Origin: Azolla caroliniana
Taxonomy: Eukaryota; Plantae; Polypodiophyta
Assembly (NCBI GenBank): GCA_043228905.1
Contig: JBHGNT010000005.1
Span: forward strand, 9,300,001-9,364,000
Reading direction: 5' to 3'
DNA: 64,000 nt
Shown: in pieces, positions 13,501-25,927 of the stretch
Layout: each line of letters begins with the position of its first letter
How positions within the stretch are numbered: position 1 is the first letter of the stretch
Translations under genes and position numbers: made by a program
Notes under the pieces: model-generated
Databases searched by the model: none
The model's input: the letters and a program-made list of their open reading frames with translations, nothing else
What the model was told of the DNA's origin: nothing

Positions 13501-16225
13501 AAGAAGAAGGTGTCGGATTTTGGCACGGAAAGGAACGAGTCAGACTGACGCGAGTCCGACTCCGAGGGAAGTGGTGACGGGTCTTCAAGAGCGAAGTCCG
13601 CGTCGGCCAAGAAGACCTCGACATCGGCTAATGACCAATTACACTGATCTACCCGCCAAAAGAACCCAGTTGTGCGGTTCGGATACAACGAGTACATGGC
13701 ACATCATTATGCGTACATGACCCGTGTAGCGGAAGTGCGTGAGCCGGAGAGCTACGCAGAAGTGGCTAACGACGCGAATTGGCGCGCCGCGATGGAGGAA
13801 GAGATGCACGCATTGGCGGAAAATGAGACCTGGGACCTGGTTGACGCACCGAAGGGTGTGAAGCCAATCGGATGTAGGTGGGTGTACAAGGTCAAGTATA
13901 ACACCGATGGCTCGGTCAACCGATACAAGGCCTGGTTAGTGGCAAAAGGCTACACGCAGAAACACGACATCGACTACAATGAGACGGTTTGTGCCGGTCG
14001 GGAGGATGACGACCGTCCGTGTTTTGCTCGCGGTAGCTGCGGCAAAGGGGTGGCACTTAAATCAAATGGATGTAAAGAATGTGTTCCTATAAGGTGAGCT
14101 TGAGGAACATGTGTACATGGTATAGCCCCCCGGATTTCACTCCGGAACGAACACGTCGGCAGTGTGCCGATTGAAGAAGTCCCTTTACGGACTGAAGCAA
14201 GCCCCGCGTGCCTGGAACGCGAAGATCATGCAGCAACTGCGTCGAATGGGCTTTGCAACGTCAAAATCAGACTCTTCCCTGTTCATCCGGAAAGGTCGAC
14301 TCGGTCCGGTCAGTATTTTACTATATGTTGATGACTTGGTCATCACTGACACCGACTTAGAAGAAATCGACCGTGTGAAGCTCCAACTTGCGGCATCGTT
14401 CGACATGAAGGATTTGGGGGATCTTCATTACTTCCTCGGGATCGAAGTGATCCGTACCCCCGAAGGCATATTGATCAGCCAACACCATTATGTGTTGAGT
14501 ATGCTCTTCAAATTCGGGATGGCCGACTGTAAGTCCGTCTCGATTCCTCTGGATAAAACCATCAAGCTTCACCCCAATTCCGGACAAGTATGCGACCCGA
14601 CAAGGTTCCGACAAATTGTTGGAAGCCTTATCTATTTGACAATCACCCGACCCGATCTCAGTTATCCGGTTAGGATGATCAGTCAGTTCATGGCGCGACC
14701 TACCGAGGAGCACCTTCAGTGTGCGCAACGCGTACTGCGGTACGTAAGCGGCACTAAGGACTGGGGACTGCTATATCGGACCGGTACAACCTCACAATTG
14801 GTCGGCTACACCGATGCTGATTGGGCTGGCAACGCTGCTGATTGCCGATCCACATCTGGATACGCGTTCTCTCTTGGGAGTGCCGCGATAGCGTGGAGCA
14901 GTAAGAAGCAGCCAACAATTGCACTGTCGAGCATTGAAGTTGAGTACTGAGGAGCGGCTGTCGTGACATGCGAAGCCATATGGTTGAAGCGGCTACTTAA
15001 GGACCTACAAGAGGAGGTGTCCGATCCAACGACGATCTACTGCAACAACCTCAGCAACATCCAGCTCGCGAAGAACCCCGTTTTCCACGCACGGACCAAG
15101 CACATTGAGGTGCACTACCATTTTGTCCGTGAGCGTGTCCTTTCTGGTGAAGTCGAACTTCAGTATGTTCCGACGGATCGGCAAGTTGCCGACATCTTCA
15201 CCAAGCCCCTTGGTCTGGACAAGTTGCGGCAATTCTCGGGTGCACTTGGGTTGTGTCACCTCGACGTGCCAAACTTGAGGGGGAGAACAGTCTCGAAAGA
15301 CCGAGCAAGGGAGCAGGAAGGGAGTGGAAGAGGCCGCAACACCAAGTCGGATGACGAATTTGACTTCGGATCGGCTGAAGAAGCCGAGGGCGGATCTGCA
15401 GAAGAGTTCAAAAGCGGACATGAGGGGAGCAGCCGCCGAAAGAAAGAGTCGAAGCCAACCAAGCATGGAGGAGATGTCACCGTCAAGGGCAAGAAGACCG
15501 AAGATGAGTTGGAGACAGCCAACTCGGATGAGAGCGAAAACCGATCGGAGGTAGCCGAGTCGGTTCGGATGTTTGATTCGGATACACTGAATAAACCGAG
15601 GGCCAAGCGGAAAAGAAGGCAGTAGGAGAAGCGCCAACACCGCAACAACAATGGAGCTGTGAAGGGGTGTGGGAGCAGACAAGCCGACCGGAAGGGTCGA
15701 AGCGTGCGGAGTCGAACAGGCCGAGGAGCGCGCGCGAGGCGTGGAGCCAGGAGGAACCGGAGCGGTGATCTGGAAGATCCGGAAGAGCCTCAAGTTGAGC
15801 TTGAGGGGGAGTGTTGAGAGACAAGCTCAACATCGACCGGATCGGTTGAGCAAGCCGAGGACCGGATCGGTTAGGCCGGGTCAGTACCTATACGCAGACT
15901 GGTGCATAGGAAGGCCAGATCGGTGCAGAAACCGAGAGGCCATCGGAAAGATATTCTGCAAGGAATATATTTGGGAGTTAGTGTAGGGGCTCCTTAATGA
16001 GCATTGAAGTACTATCAGTATTTCTGTCAGTCCGAAAAGGACTTGTATAAAAGTGTTCATTGAACACACACGATGTACAGATTGAGTATTATTTTGAATA
16101 TAGTTCTGGTTTTTACTCTCTCTCTCTTTCTCTCCTGTGCGTACTATGCAAACCTAAGCTTTCCATTAAACCTGCGTTTTCTGTTGTTCGGTTTCCTATA
16201 TTGCTTCCGCACGCCATTCTTTTCA
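10535..16225 (+). mobile_element. Ty1/Copia element C, full length with inactivating mutations
   Basis: LTRs 10535-10941 and 15812-16225; PBS TGGTATTAGAG 10942-10952; PPT GAGGGGGAG; TSD GAAGT/GAAGC. Confidence 0.95.
11024..15625 (+). pseudogene. Copia C gag-pol (gag, PR, INT, RT, RNase H)
   Basis: Gag N-terminus (NYASWSYKM), zinc knuckle remnant, PR (WYVDFGVSNHM), HHCC (WHKRIGH…CEAC), INT (IHSDVWGP, LRSDGGKEY), RT (LYVDD), RNase H (YTDADWAG, TKHIEVHYHFVRE) in Copia order; several stops and frameshifts. Confidence 0.95.
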
Positions 16226-16834
16226 GAAGCCAACCCGAACTGAAACCGATCGGTCGAACCCGACCCGGAAGGGGGCCGACTCGGTCGAAACCAATCAACC
16301 GAGTCCAATTCAGCTGAATACAAATCCGAACGGAAGCTGATCCAACCGAAAGCCAATGGGATGAGACCGATCCGGAAAGAAGTCAAGGTTGATGAAGACA
16401 AGGAAGAGGCCAAGCAAGCGCACTACCATGGAAAACAAGGGCCAAATGAGCCAAGCGGATGTGAAGGGTGTTACCGAGGATAAGATCTCGACTAAGGAGG
16501 GCTCTAACGTGAAGATCATAAACTCTAACGCGAGATTGTATGATGAAGGTGGACGAAGTGCGGAGTGCCGTGACCAAGGAGATGGTAGGAATGAAGGTGG
16601 AACATGCATAAAGCCTAAATGCTTATGCTCGAAAGGAGAACAAGGGGCCATGACAACTGGTCATGGTAAAACAAAGAATGAGCGAATGATATGGTGGATT
16701 GGGTGGCGACAATGGTTCGAGTGAAGGGAATGAACATGCTCGAAACGGAGGAATCATACTAATCACCATAGCCGAAATCTCACACTCTCTCTTCTTGGCA
16801 CGTACCGGAGGATGTGCGGTTTGGTGGGGGTGGA

Positions 16835-17554
16835 TGTCGTGAAGATTTTCGGCAACGGTGTGAAAATTGTGTGCAATAAACGAAATTGAGAAGGTGCAAT
16901 GTGCATGTGTGAAAGGGGTGAAGGCCACACACATATGCTAGCATGTTGTAAATAGGATTGAAATGAGAATCGCAAAAGGAAAGCTAGATGTAAAGTTAAA
17001 CATGTGCATGTGCTCAATTGTAAATATAAAAATAAGACTAAAGCCTAGTAACATTTAAGTGCATACATAATAAGGGTGGAAGCAAAGCTCGAACCTTGCA
17101 CATCCAAGATAGGAAACAAATTAACTTACCACTAAAGCCACTACTGAGTGCTTTAGAATTTGTATATTTTCTTTTCATATTCAGTATTTTGTAGGAAGCA
17201 AACATATAGAAACCGTGGGCACAAAACCATGGTTTTAGCCTGTGGTGTTAGCCCATGGTTTTTGCATGGAGAGACCTATAAAAGCCTATAGTTGGGCTTG
17301 TGTAAGGGAGGCAAGTGATGTAAGTAAAAAAGAAACTTTTAATCAAAGATCTTAGTTATCTTACTGGTGATGTATCTTGTCTCGTAAAACTAAAGTCAAG
17401 GGTTCAATCTCTATCTCAATCTCTCTCTCTCTCTTCATCCATCTATTTATCTTCAATACTTTCTCACATACGCTACTAAAAACATCGAATCCTTCCAGTT
17501 TAGGACCCCGGTGGTCCCGCTTCATTTCAGGAACACGTGAGGATTTCCTCGACA
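16835..17554 (+). repeat. LTR type Y (720 bp), 3' LTR of the left element
   Basis: Preceded by PPT GGTGGGGGTGGA; near-identical to the inverted copy at 25928-26641; followed by TCTTACTTGG. Confidence 0.9.
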
Positions 17555-17564
17555 TCTTACTTGG

Positions 17565-18771
17565 CAATAGAACCACGACTAGGAACTAACTCTACATAGC
17601 TAGGATGGACCAGCCAAATGGCTCCTATTTTGGCCGGACTTACTCATTTAACACATCCTCTAATTGGCTAAAGACATCGAATCTATTCTCATGGCATGGA
17701 CTATGAGGCTTACTTAACAATGGAACTCGATGTAGGGTTTTCATGGGCAAACTTGACGCTTAGGTTTATGTGGACAATTTACAACTATATGTCCTGGACT
17801 GCCACAATACAGGCGAGGCGATGCGCTCGACGTCGTTGCTTCTCTGCATTTGATAACGGCCCACGTCGTTGTGTTGACTATATTTCCATTGGAGTTGGGC
17901 CATCCCTTGTAATGGGTCTAGAGACTTGTGGAGGCATTGCGAGTACGGAAGCCTAAGTTTGTTCAGGTTGGCGGCGTAACATTTGTTGGTGCTCAGAACG
18001 TCGCTCAAATAGACGATTATCACATCGCACGGAACTTCAGGGAAAGTAAGAAGAAGATCTTTGACATCATTTCGCAAACCTTGACGGAATTGATCCATTA
18101 AGGCCGCCTCAACCCAAGGGATATCGCATGCCAAGAGATGGAAATCGGCTGCGTAAGTTGACGCGAGACTTCGAATCTTGTTTATCGCTGTCCTAGTGCT
18201 GTCGGTGTCTTCGAAACTAGCTTGAAACTCTTTAACAAATGCACTCCAGCAATGGTGATTTCTTCTCGAGAAATGGTGCGAACCTTGATAACGTCGTACC
18301 ACATAGCAAAGTTCCCACTAATCCCACATGAGCAGCGTCAGTTGGATACCGATTGGGATGTAGCTGAATAACCAGAAGAACTTGATTCAAAAAGCCTCGA
18401 AATAAAGACCTCGTACCATCAAACTTGGCGGGGAGGCTGATGTTTAGCTCTCTAGGGGAGTTCTGAGCCCCTGACACTTGTTCTCGTAATGATAATATAA
18501 TCTCCTTGAGTTGATGAACCCGCTGTGATAACTCTTCATACTGTTGAGCTTTTTTGGTGCTCACTTGTTGTAGGTCTCCAAGTAGCCTTTGATTCTCATG
18601 CTCTAATGCTACAAATTTATTCGTGAGCATGTCGAGCTTAGAAAGAACATGCATGTATTCTTGTTTGCTCATGGACTCCATAGCTTACGAGGGGAGAGGA
18701 GAAGGAAGAAGAGAACTTGTTAGGGTTTGTGGAAGACGAAGAAATGAAAGAAAAATTGGTTCAAACTGTCA

Positions 18772-18818
<47 letters not shown>

Positions 18819-21800
18819 TAATTGAAAAGGAAGTATTATATTGAAGAGTAAATGGATTACAAAGAGTAGGCAACAGATTACTACAAAATGGCGTTGAACC
18901 AATTTAGGTTTGCGATGAGTGATAGATCCCAATTTATAAGTAATAGAGAACACTCTATAATATTCTAGGTTATGCTAGAATGTAGAGTAATCTAGAAGAT
19001 CTCTAGAGTATTCTAGAAGGTTCTAGTGTATAGAACATTCTAGAATATTCTAGGTCATTCTAGAATGTAGAGTAATATAGAATATTCCTATGATATTAGA
19101 TTTCATATTCTAAAAGTTATACATACAAGAATATTAATACAATGGCTAAGGATTTGACATGTGTACAACAAGGTCGTGGGTTCAAATCCTTTTGAGGCAT
19201 AATGTGAGTGTCATGATCCTTTCGATGCATGATGTGAATGTTATCATGACACTATCCCCCTTCTTCGACGAAACGTCTCACGGGTCGTAGGGTTTGTATT
19301 AGGACCTGGTTTACGAGGATATTGGTGATGAAATGTAGTGATGAGTTCCGCAACATTGGAAATAAAACCACGAGGATATTGGTGATGAAATGCAGTGACG
19401 AGTTCCGCAACATTGGAAATATTTGCAGCAGGTTCCCAAGTTCGATAATTGGGGGTATAGCCTAGCCAATCCACTAAGTAATACAACTTGTTGCGCACGA
19501 TTTTAGAATCGAGAATGGTAGCAACTTCAAATTCGGGTCCGTCCAAGAACTCGACAAGTGGTGGGGGTCTCGTAAGACGACCCAGAATTGAACTTGTAGT
19601 ATAAGGTTTCAAAAGGGATACATGAAACACCGGATGAAGATGTGGAGGGAGGCCAAGACGAAATGCAACATCACTTATCTTACCAGTGATCATGTAAGGG
19701 CCAAAACATTGGTAATCCAATTTATTGCAAGGTTGAGTGGTCTTGATGTTGTGTTGGAGAAGCCATACATGATCCCCAACACGGAACTTTTTTGAGGAGT
19801 TTAGATGATGACGATCGACAAGCCTCTTTTGTGTAACTTGAACATTGTGGAGAATGGTAGCGTGAATTTCTTGGAAGCGACTAAGATGATCCTCGGCAGC
19901 AGGGTTGGTAGGAACGTCTGGATGCACATTCACCGTCCACCGAGGATGACAACCCGTATTTGCGAAAAATGGGGAATATCCTGTAGAAGAATGGGCTGAG
20001 TTGTTGTAAGGGAATTCCACCAAGTGCAAAAAATCAACCCAATCATCTTGTTGATAGTTGATGAAACAACAAAGATATTGCTCCAACGTCTGGTTGGTAC
20101 GCTAAGTTTGGCGATTTGTTTCGGGATGATAGCCTGAAGAAAGCTTAACCGAAATATGGAGAAGTTTGAACATGTGCTTCCAAAACTTTGAGATGAATTG
20201 TGGACCACAATCACTAATAATATCATACGACAGACCATGATGCTTAAATACCTCCCGCATAACGAGATCGACCGCCTCTCGACTAGTAATCGACTTCATA
20301 CATGGCAAGAAATGTGCCATTTTGGTAAATCGATCAACCACTATGAGAATTGCATCAAAACCTTTTGAAACTAGGAGATCAGTAATGAAATCCAAGGATA
20401 TAGACTTCCAAGGATTTTCCAGAATGAGAAGTGGTTGTAGTAAGCCATAGGATCGGTGACGAGGACTCTTTGATCGACAACATATATCACAACTACGAAC
20501 ATACTCAACAAAATGGCGAAGGCGAGGCCACCAATAGTGTCGAGAAATTAATTCTAGAGTCTTGCGAACTCCAAAATGACCAGCCATTGGTGAGTCATGG
20601 CAATGTTGTTAAACTTGTAGTTGTGGGGGACCATTAGGAACATACAATAGGTTTTGTCGAAACAAAAAACCACCATGCCAATAGAACTGACGATAGTCAT
20701 TACAAGGATTTTTCAACCGTGAGGAAGAAGCACGATCCGGGACGATATGATCAAAAACATCCTTGGCGAAATCAGCAGTGGCCATATGATCTCGAATGGA
20801 ATCAAGAAGAGTGGAATCTTCAAAAGTTGTTATGGCATTAACTACCATTAATCGTAAGCGATTAGGACCCAAAAGGATTTGGTTTTGATGCTCAAATGCA
20901 GGTTCCCCTAGACGAAGTTCCATATAAGAGCGCCGAGAAAGAGCATCTACTTTGCCTTGCTGCATCCCAGGGCGATATATGATGATAAAGTCAAAGGGAG
21001 TCAAAAATTGCGCCCACCGGGCTTGTTGCCGACTCAAGACTCAAGTCAGGTTCTTATGATCATTGTAGACAATGATCTGCTGAAAAGAACCTTCTAGAAA
21101 ATGTCACCATTGTTGAAACAAATCCACAATTGCAAGAAGCTCTTTGTCATGGATCTCGTAGTTGATCTCTGTAGCTTCAAACTTTCGTGAATGAAAGGCG
21201 ATAGGGTGTAGCTGTCCATCATCTCCAGTTTGTGAGAGGACACTCCCTAATGCAAAATCGGATGCATCGGCTTCGAGGAAGAAGCGTTTTGTTGGGTCGA
21301 CATGTGCTAAGATAGGTGCTGTTGTAAATGCTCATTTTAAGCTTTCGAATGCCTCGACTATATCTGAACTCCATATAAATGGCTGATTTTTATGTGTGAG
21401 TTGAGTAAGCAGAAGCACCACCTTGGAATAATCTTTAATAAATTTTCGATAAAAAATTGCAAACCCGAGAAAACATTGCACATCACGCACTGAAAGGGGC
21501 ATTTGCCACTCTAAAATTGCTTGTACCTTCATGGGGTCCATAGCAATACCATCTGATGATACAACATACCCCAAAAATTCCACTTGATTTTGGCCGAAAC
21601 TACACTTTTCTAATTTTGCATAGAGACCATATTCTCGGAGTCGACGCAGTACCTGATGAACATGTTCGTCATGCTCCTCTTGGGTCTACGAGTAGATTAA
21701 AATATCATCTAGGTAAACTATAGTGAAGATATCAAGAAAATCTTGAAAAATATCGTTCGCCATATGTTGGAAAACAACAGGTGCATTCGTGAGACTGAAT

Positions 21801-22377
21801 GGCATCACAATATACTCAAAATGTCCATAGTGAGTGCGAAAAGCTGTCTTCCATTCGTCCCTTGGGCAAATTCAAACTAGATTATATGCTCCACGAAGGT
21901 CCAACTTCGTGAAATATTTTACACCACCGAGACGTTCCAAAAGATTCGGGATTAACGGTAGAGCATATCTATTCCGGATAGTCACTTTGTTTAGCCCTCG
22001 ATAATCCACGACCAACCAAAGAGTCCCATTCTTCTTCTTAACGAAGAAGATAGGTGCACCAACAGGGGATCTAGAATGCTGAATGAATCTGTTTCCCAGA
22101 TTCTCATCAATATATTCCCACAAAGTCTCTAGCTCTACAAGGGAGAGATTATAAATTGGGCCCCATGGAGGTTCTTTCCCTGGTTGTAAATCAATAGTGC
22201 AGTCGTATGGTCAATGCTCCGGCAATGTATTGGCCTTCACCTTATCAAAGTCATCTGAGAACTCCTTGTATTTCTCTGGTAGTTTAATGTCCGCTTCATG
22301 TGAAGTGGATGATGGAGTTGCTACTATTGCGAAGACGAACATGGCCTCATTTCCCCCTTCCTCCTACAATTGTCGTA
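17565..22377 (-). mobile_element. Chromovirus-type Gypsy (Tf1/Tcn1-like), circularly permuted: RT-RH-INT-chromodomain, LTR, gag
   Basis: Minus-strand RT ([21 protein letters not shown]), RH, INT (SISLDFITDL, YHPET), chromodomain (FEVATILDSK…YLVDWLGY…TWEP), PPT, single LTR 18767-19251, then gag 18681-17766. Confidence 0.9.
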
Positions 22378-22383
22378 AAGAGA

Positions 22384-23023
22384 TGTCGCGAAGATGTGTG
22401 TGTGTGCGTGCTTCGCTTGAATGGGACCACTGGGGTCTTGGACCAGGGAGTTCTTGAGAAGAGGATGATGTGAATGTAAGATTTGGGGAAACAATGAGCA
22501 CTACACTTGAGAAGATCGGAAATGTTTACACTCAAGAAGAAGATAAACAAGAATAATAATAAGAAGATTATTATATTGATGGTGATAGTGATGATGATAA
22601 TATCACATATTGAGCCCCCCCCTTTACACAAGCCGTACTAGGGGTTTTATAGGTTTGTCCATGCACAAAACCATGGGCTTGGAGCCATGGTTTCTATGCA
22701 CACAATTTTGCTTCGTGACATGCAGAAAACCATGGTTTTGTGTACACGGTTTTGTATGTTTGTTTCCTACAGAATACTAAATATGAGAAAGAAATATAGA
22801 AAATCTAAAGCACTTAGTAGTAGCTTTAGTGGTAAGGTAATTGCCTCTTATCTTAGAGGTGCAAGGTTCAAATCCTACTTGCAGCCCTCTACATGCACTC
22901 AATGCCATTGTGACCTAGGTTTATTTATTACTGATTTATTTTCATTTTTACAAGTATTCGTGAAATGTGTGTGGATCCTCAATTTCTGACTTTTTCTCGC
23001 ACTAGACATGCCACATCACGACA
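22384..23023 (-). repeat. LTR type X, 3' LTR of the right element
   Basis: Reverse complement of 6143-6420 plus 8244-8604; PPT adjacent at 23024-23035. Confidence 0.9.
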
Positions 23024-24860
23024 TCCACCCCCACCAAACCGCACATCCTCCGGCATGTGCCAAGAAGGAAAAGAGTGATGTGGTGGGGCCAAAGGTTCTC
23101 AACCTTTGATTTGCTCCTTTCTTGTGCCTTGCCCGCATTTCCTTTGTCCCTCCATTTTGAGCTCGTCCATTCCTTCCAGCTAAACCATCGTCGGCATCCA
23201 ATCCACCATATCATTCGATCGCCCTTCGCATTGCCATGACTAGTTGTCATAACCTCTTTTGCTCCTCCAGAGCGTAACCCTTCATGCATCATGCATTGTA
23301 CATGTGCCGCCTTTGTCTCGAACATCTCCTTGGTCATTAAACTTCCTCGGAGCGTCCTTTCTCATCTCATGCTCACCAGCCTCCACCGGGTGTCACGTCT
23401 TGTCTGCTTCGACCTTCGGCCAGGGCAACTCAACTTCTATCTGGATCAGTCTTGACCAATCAGCTTCTGGCTTCGTCGGGCTTTGTTCGGATTCACAATT
23501 AGCCAAATCAGACTCACACGATCGGCTTCAAGCAAGTCTGCTTAGTTCTGGATCGGGTCTGACTGATCAGGTTCAGCCGGATTGGGTAGGACCCGGTCGA
23601 TCAACTCCTATATGGGTTGGCTTTCGTTCGGATCGGAAAAGCAACCGCATCATCTTCCATCCAGATTTTTTTTTGGTTCTTCTTTTCTTGTTGTTGTCTG
23701 TCTCTTTATCAAAAAAAAAACTTTGTTTAAGCTTGGTTTTTGGCCTCGTTGTTGGCCATCATTACTTCGTATGCACTGGCTTCGACCCTCATCTCTTCGC
23801 CGCCACCTTCCATATCTCTGGTCTTATGTTGGCTCTCAGGCACAACTACCGAAGTCTCAGGAACAATTGTGGGGAGAACCCTGGTACCATCGGTCACCGT
23901 CTTCTCATCCATAGCCATATTTCCGTCAACGTTGTTATTCGCATTGGCTTCAATATTTGCTTCCCCACCACTTTCCGTCTCTTGGGTCTCATGTTGGCTC
24001 TCAAACGCAACTGCCCAAGTCTCTAGATCAAGTGTTGGGAAAGTCTCGACACGACCATCCGCCATCGACTCGTCCATAGCCATCTCTGTCTCGATGTCAT
24101 TTCTCGTGGCTACCTCAATCACGTCGACCTCGCACTCTTTATCTCCCTTGGTCACGCAATCTTTGCTCACGCTTGCACCTTCATCACTTGATATTTTGGA
24201 CACAATGTGTGTTCCGAAATGCTTGTCCACTCTTAGAGTGGCATTTCCCGCTCTCGAGTCTTCGGCCTTAACCTTGACCCTTGTTTCTCTGCAATATGAG
24301 AAGGTGAGTTGTTTTGCACCTTTTCTCTTGGTATTGTCAAAAAAAACTTGAGCCTTTGTATCGGCCACTTCATTAACCCATATTTGTTGGGAGGTCTCTT
24401 TTTCCTCGATCACCGTTCTCCTCGGTTTTCGCTCCATTTAAAGCTCCTCTTCAACATCACCTTGCACCATTAAGTTCTTGAATGCTTCTCTCATTAAGGC
24501 TTCTTTGTTGAGTATCGAATCTTCCCTCTTCAAGTTTTCTTCCTTCGGTGGTGGTGTATTGCATCCCGTTCTCCTTTGAACATCCCTCATGGGTCGTGTT
24601 GTTGTCGACGAGAATATCGTCTTCCTCTCGTCGTGTTGTCGGCATACCCTTTCCACTTTGGCCCAATCCTCAATGAGGCCATTTGCACCATCATCATCCT
24701 CGAGTTGGATTCCAATGGCCTTCCTTTCATTCCGATTGATTGACTTTACAAATAGTAGAACTTTATTCACACCTACCAATCTTCGATCCCGCTCTGAGAG
24801 TTGAGCAAAGCAACACTCAAACTCAACGAACCCATCTATGGCACTCCGGTGGGTCTTCAT

Positions 24861-25506
24861 TGTTGGGAGACAGGTCCCTCCGGATGGGAAGGGAGAAGAA
24901 CAGTGCTGATGAACAAACTCGGCCGAGGCCGAAACCGGATGAGGAGTACCCGGCTACGGAGAGCCGGATGGTGCAAACCCGGTGAGAACCGGATGAGGAG
25001 TGCCCGGCTACGGAGAGCCGGATGGTGCAGACCCGGTGAGAAGTGCTCACCGGATGAAGAGACATATTCGTAAATATGTTTCTGAGAGTCCATCATGGCT
25101 ATATTTGTAAATAGCAGAAAAGTCATATTAGTATAAATATGACTTAGGGCAAACTTTTAGTGGTTGTTGTCATTCTTGTTGGTGCAAGGAGAGAGAGAGC
25201 GTGTAACTGTGTACAGAGAGAGAGAGAGAGAGAAAGAGGTCGTTGCCTCTGTTGTAACCGCCGCCTGTGGCGAGGATCGTGAGCACGAGGTCGTTGCCTC
25301 CGTGAACTCACTGTTGTACATTCTAACATAGCGATAGTTTGCAGCCTGTGGGCTGCCGTGGTTTTTCCCTTAGTTTGGGTTTTCCACGTAAACATCCTGC
25401 GTACTCTTCTCTTCTTCGTGTCGTGCTTTATTTCCCGTTTTCTGTGTATGATTCTAAGCTCGGTTGTGGCCAAGCGTTGTGTATACGGAGCGTGCAGTTC
25501 CCGTCA
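24861..25506 (+). mobile_element. Solo LTR with 54-bp CCGG-rich repeats
   Basis: TGTTGGGAGA...CCCGTCA; perfect TSD TTCAT; same family as 31613-32385. Confidence 0.9.
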
Positions 25507-25902
25507 TTCATCAATGACACCCATTGGTCGAACTTGTACAAACTTTTTCCCTTCAGTCTCTTGTAGCCATATGCCTCCAATAGAGCCTCCTTGAAAGTCA
25601 CCCACGAATCATGAGCTTCTTGAAGCTCTTTTACCTCTTTGTAGTTTAGTTCAGCCACCACTTGACAAAAGTACTCCAACCTCATAGCTTCTTTTACACC
25701 TCTCGAATCCATCTCGGCATTGTAGGTGTCTAGAAAATTTTGAACTATGCCCCCATTGAAATAGCCAACTCACTCGACCACGCTTTCGACGGCTTCTTGG
25801 GCCGCATCTCATCTTTTACCTTCTCTCGAAAATTCCATCATCATCTTTGACATTGCCTTTATGAGATATTCCTTATCCATCTTCATCCTCCATTGCCGCT
25901 CT

Positions 25903-25920
25903 TTCACGTCGGGTTCACCA
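25903..25920 (-). promoter_or_regulatory. Primer-binding site complementary to tRNA-Trp
   Basis: TGGTGAACCCGACGTGAA is the complement of TTCACGTCGGGTTCACCA, which I recall as the 3' end of plant cytosolic tRNA-Trp(CCA); 7-nt spacer from the LTR; decayed copy at 8610-8626. Confidence 0.8.
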
Positions 25921-25927
25921 AGTAAGA

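Larger units (their letters stand above)
23024..25927 (-). pseudogene. Internal region of the right element: gag-like ORF plus acidic repetitive ORF, no pol
   Basis: Gag-like frame from about 25888 to 24438, split by a solo LTR; acidic ORF 23727-24437; 3' part homologous to 16231-16834. Confidence 0.7.

Noticed and set aside
22818-22886. Functional tRNA gene
   Set aside because: A and B boxes are good, but I could not build a canonical acceptor stem or 7-nt anticodon loop, and it is part of an LTR; reported as tRNA-like only.
15005-24351. Long antisense ORFs (for example 15005-15793, 23259-24026, 23740-24351)
   Set aside because: Shadow frames of purine-rich retroelement coding sequence with no independent motifs.
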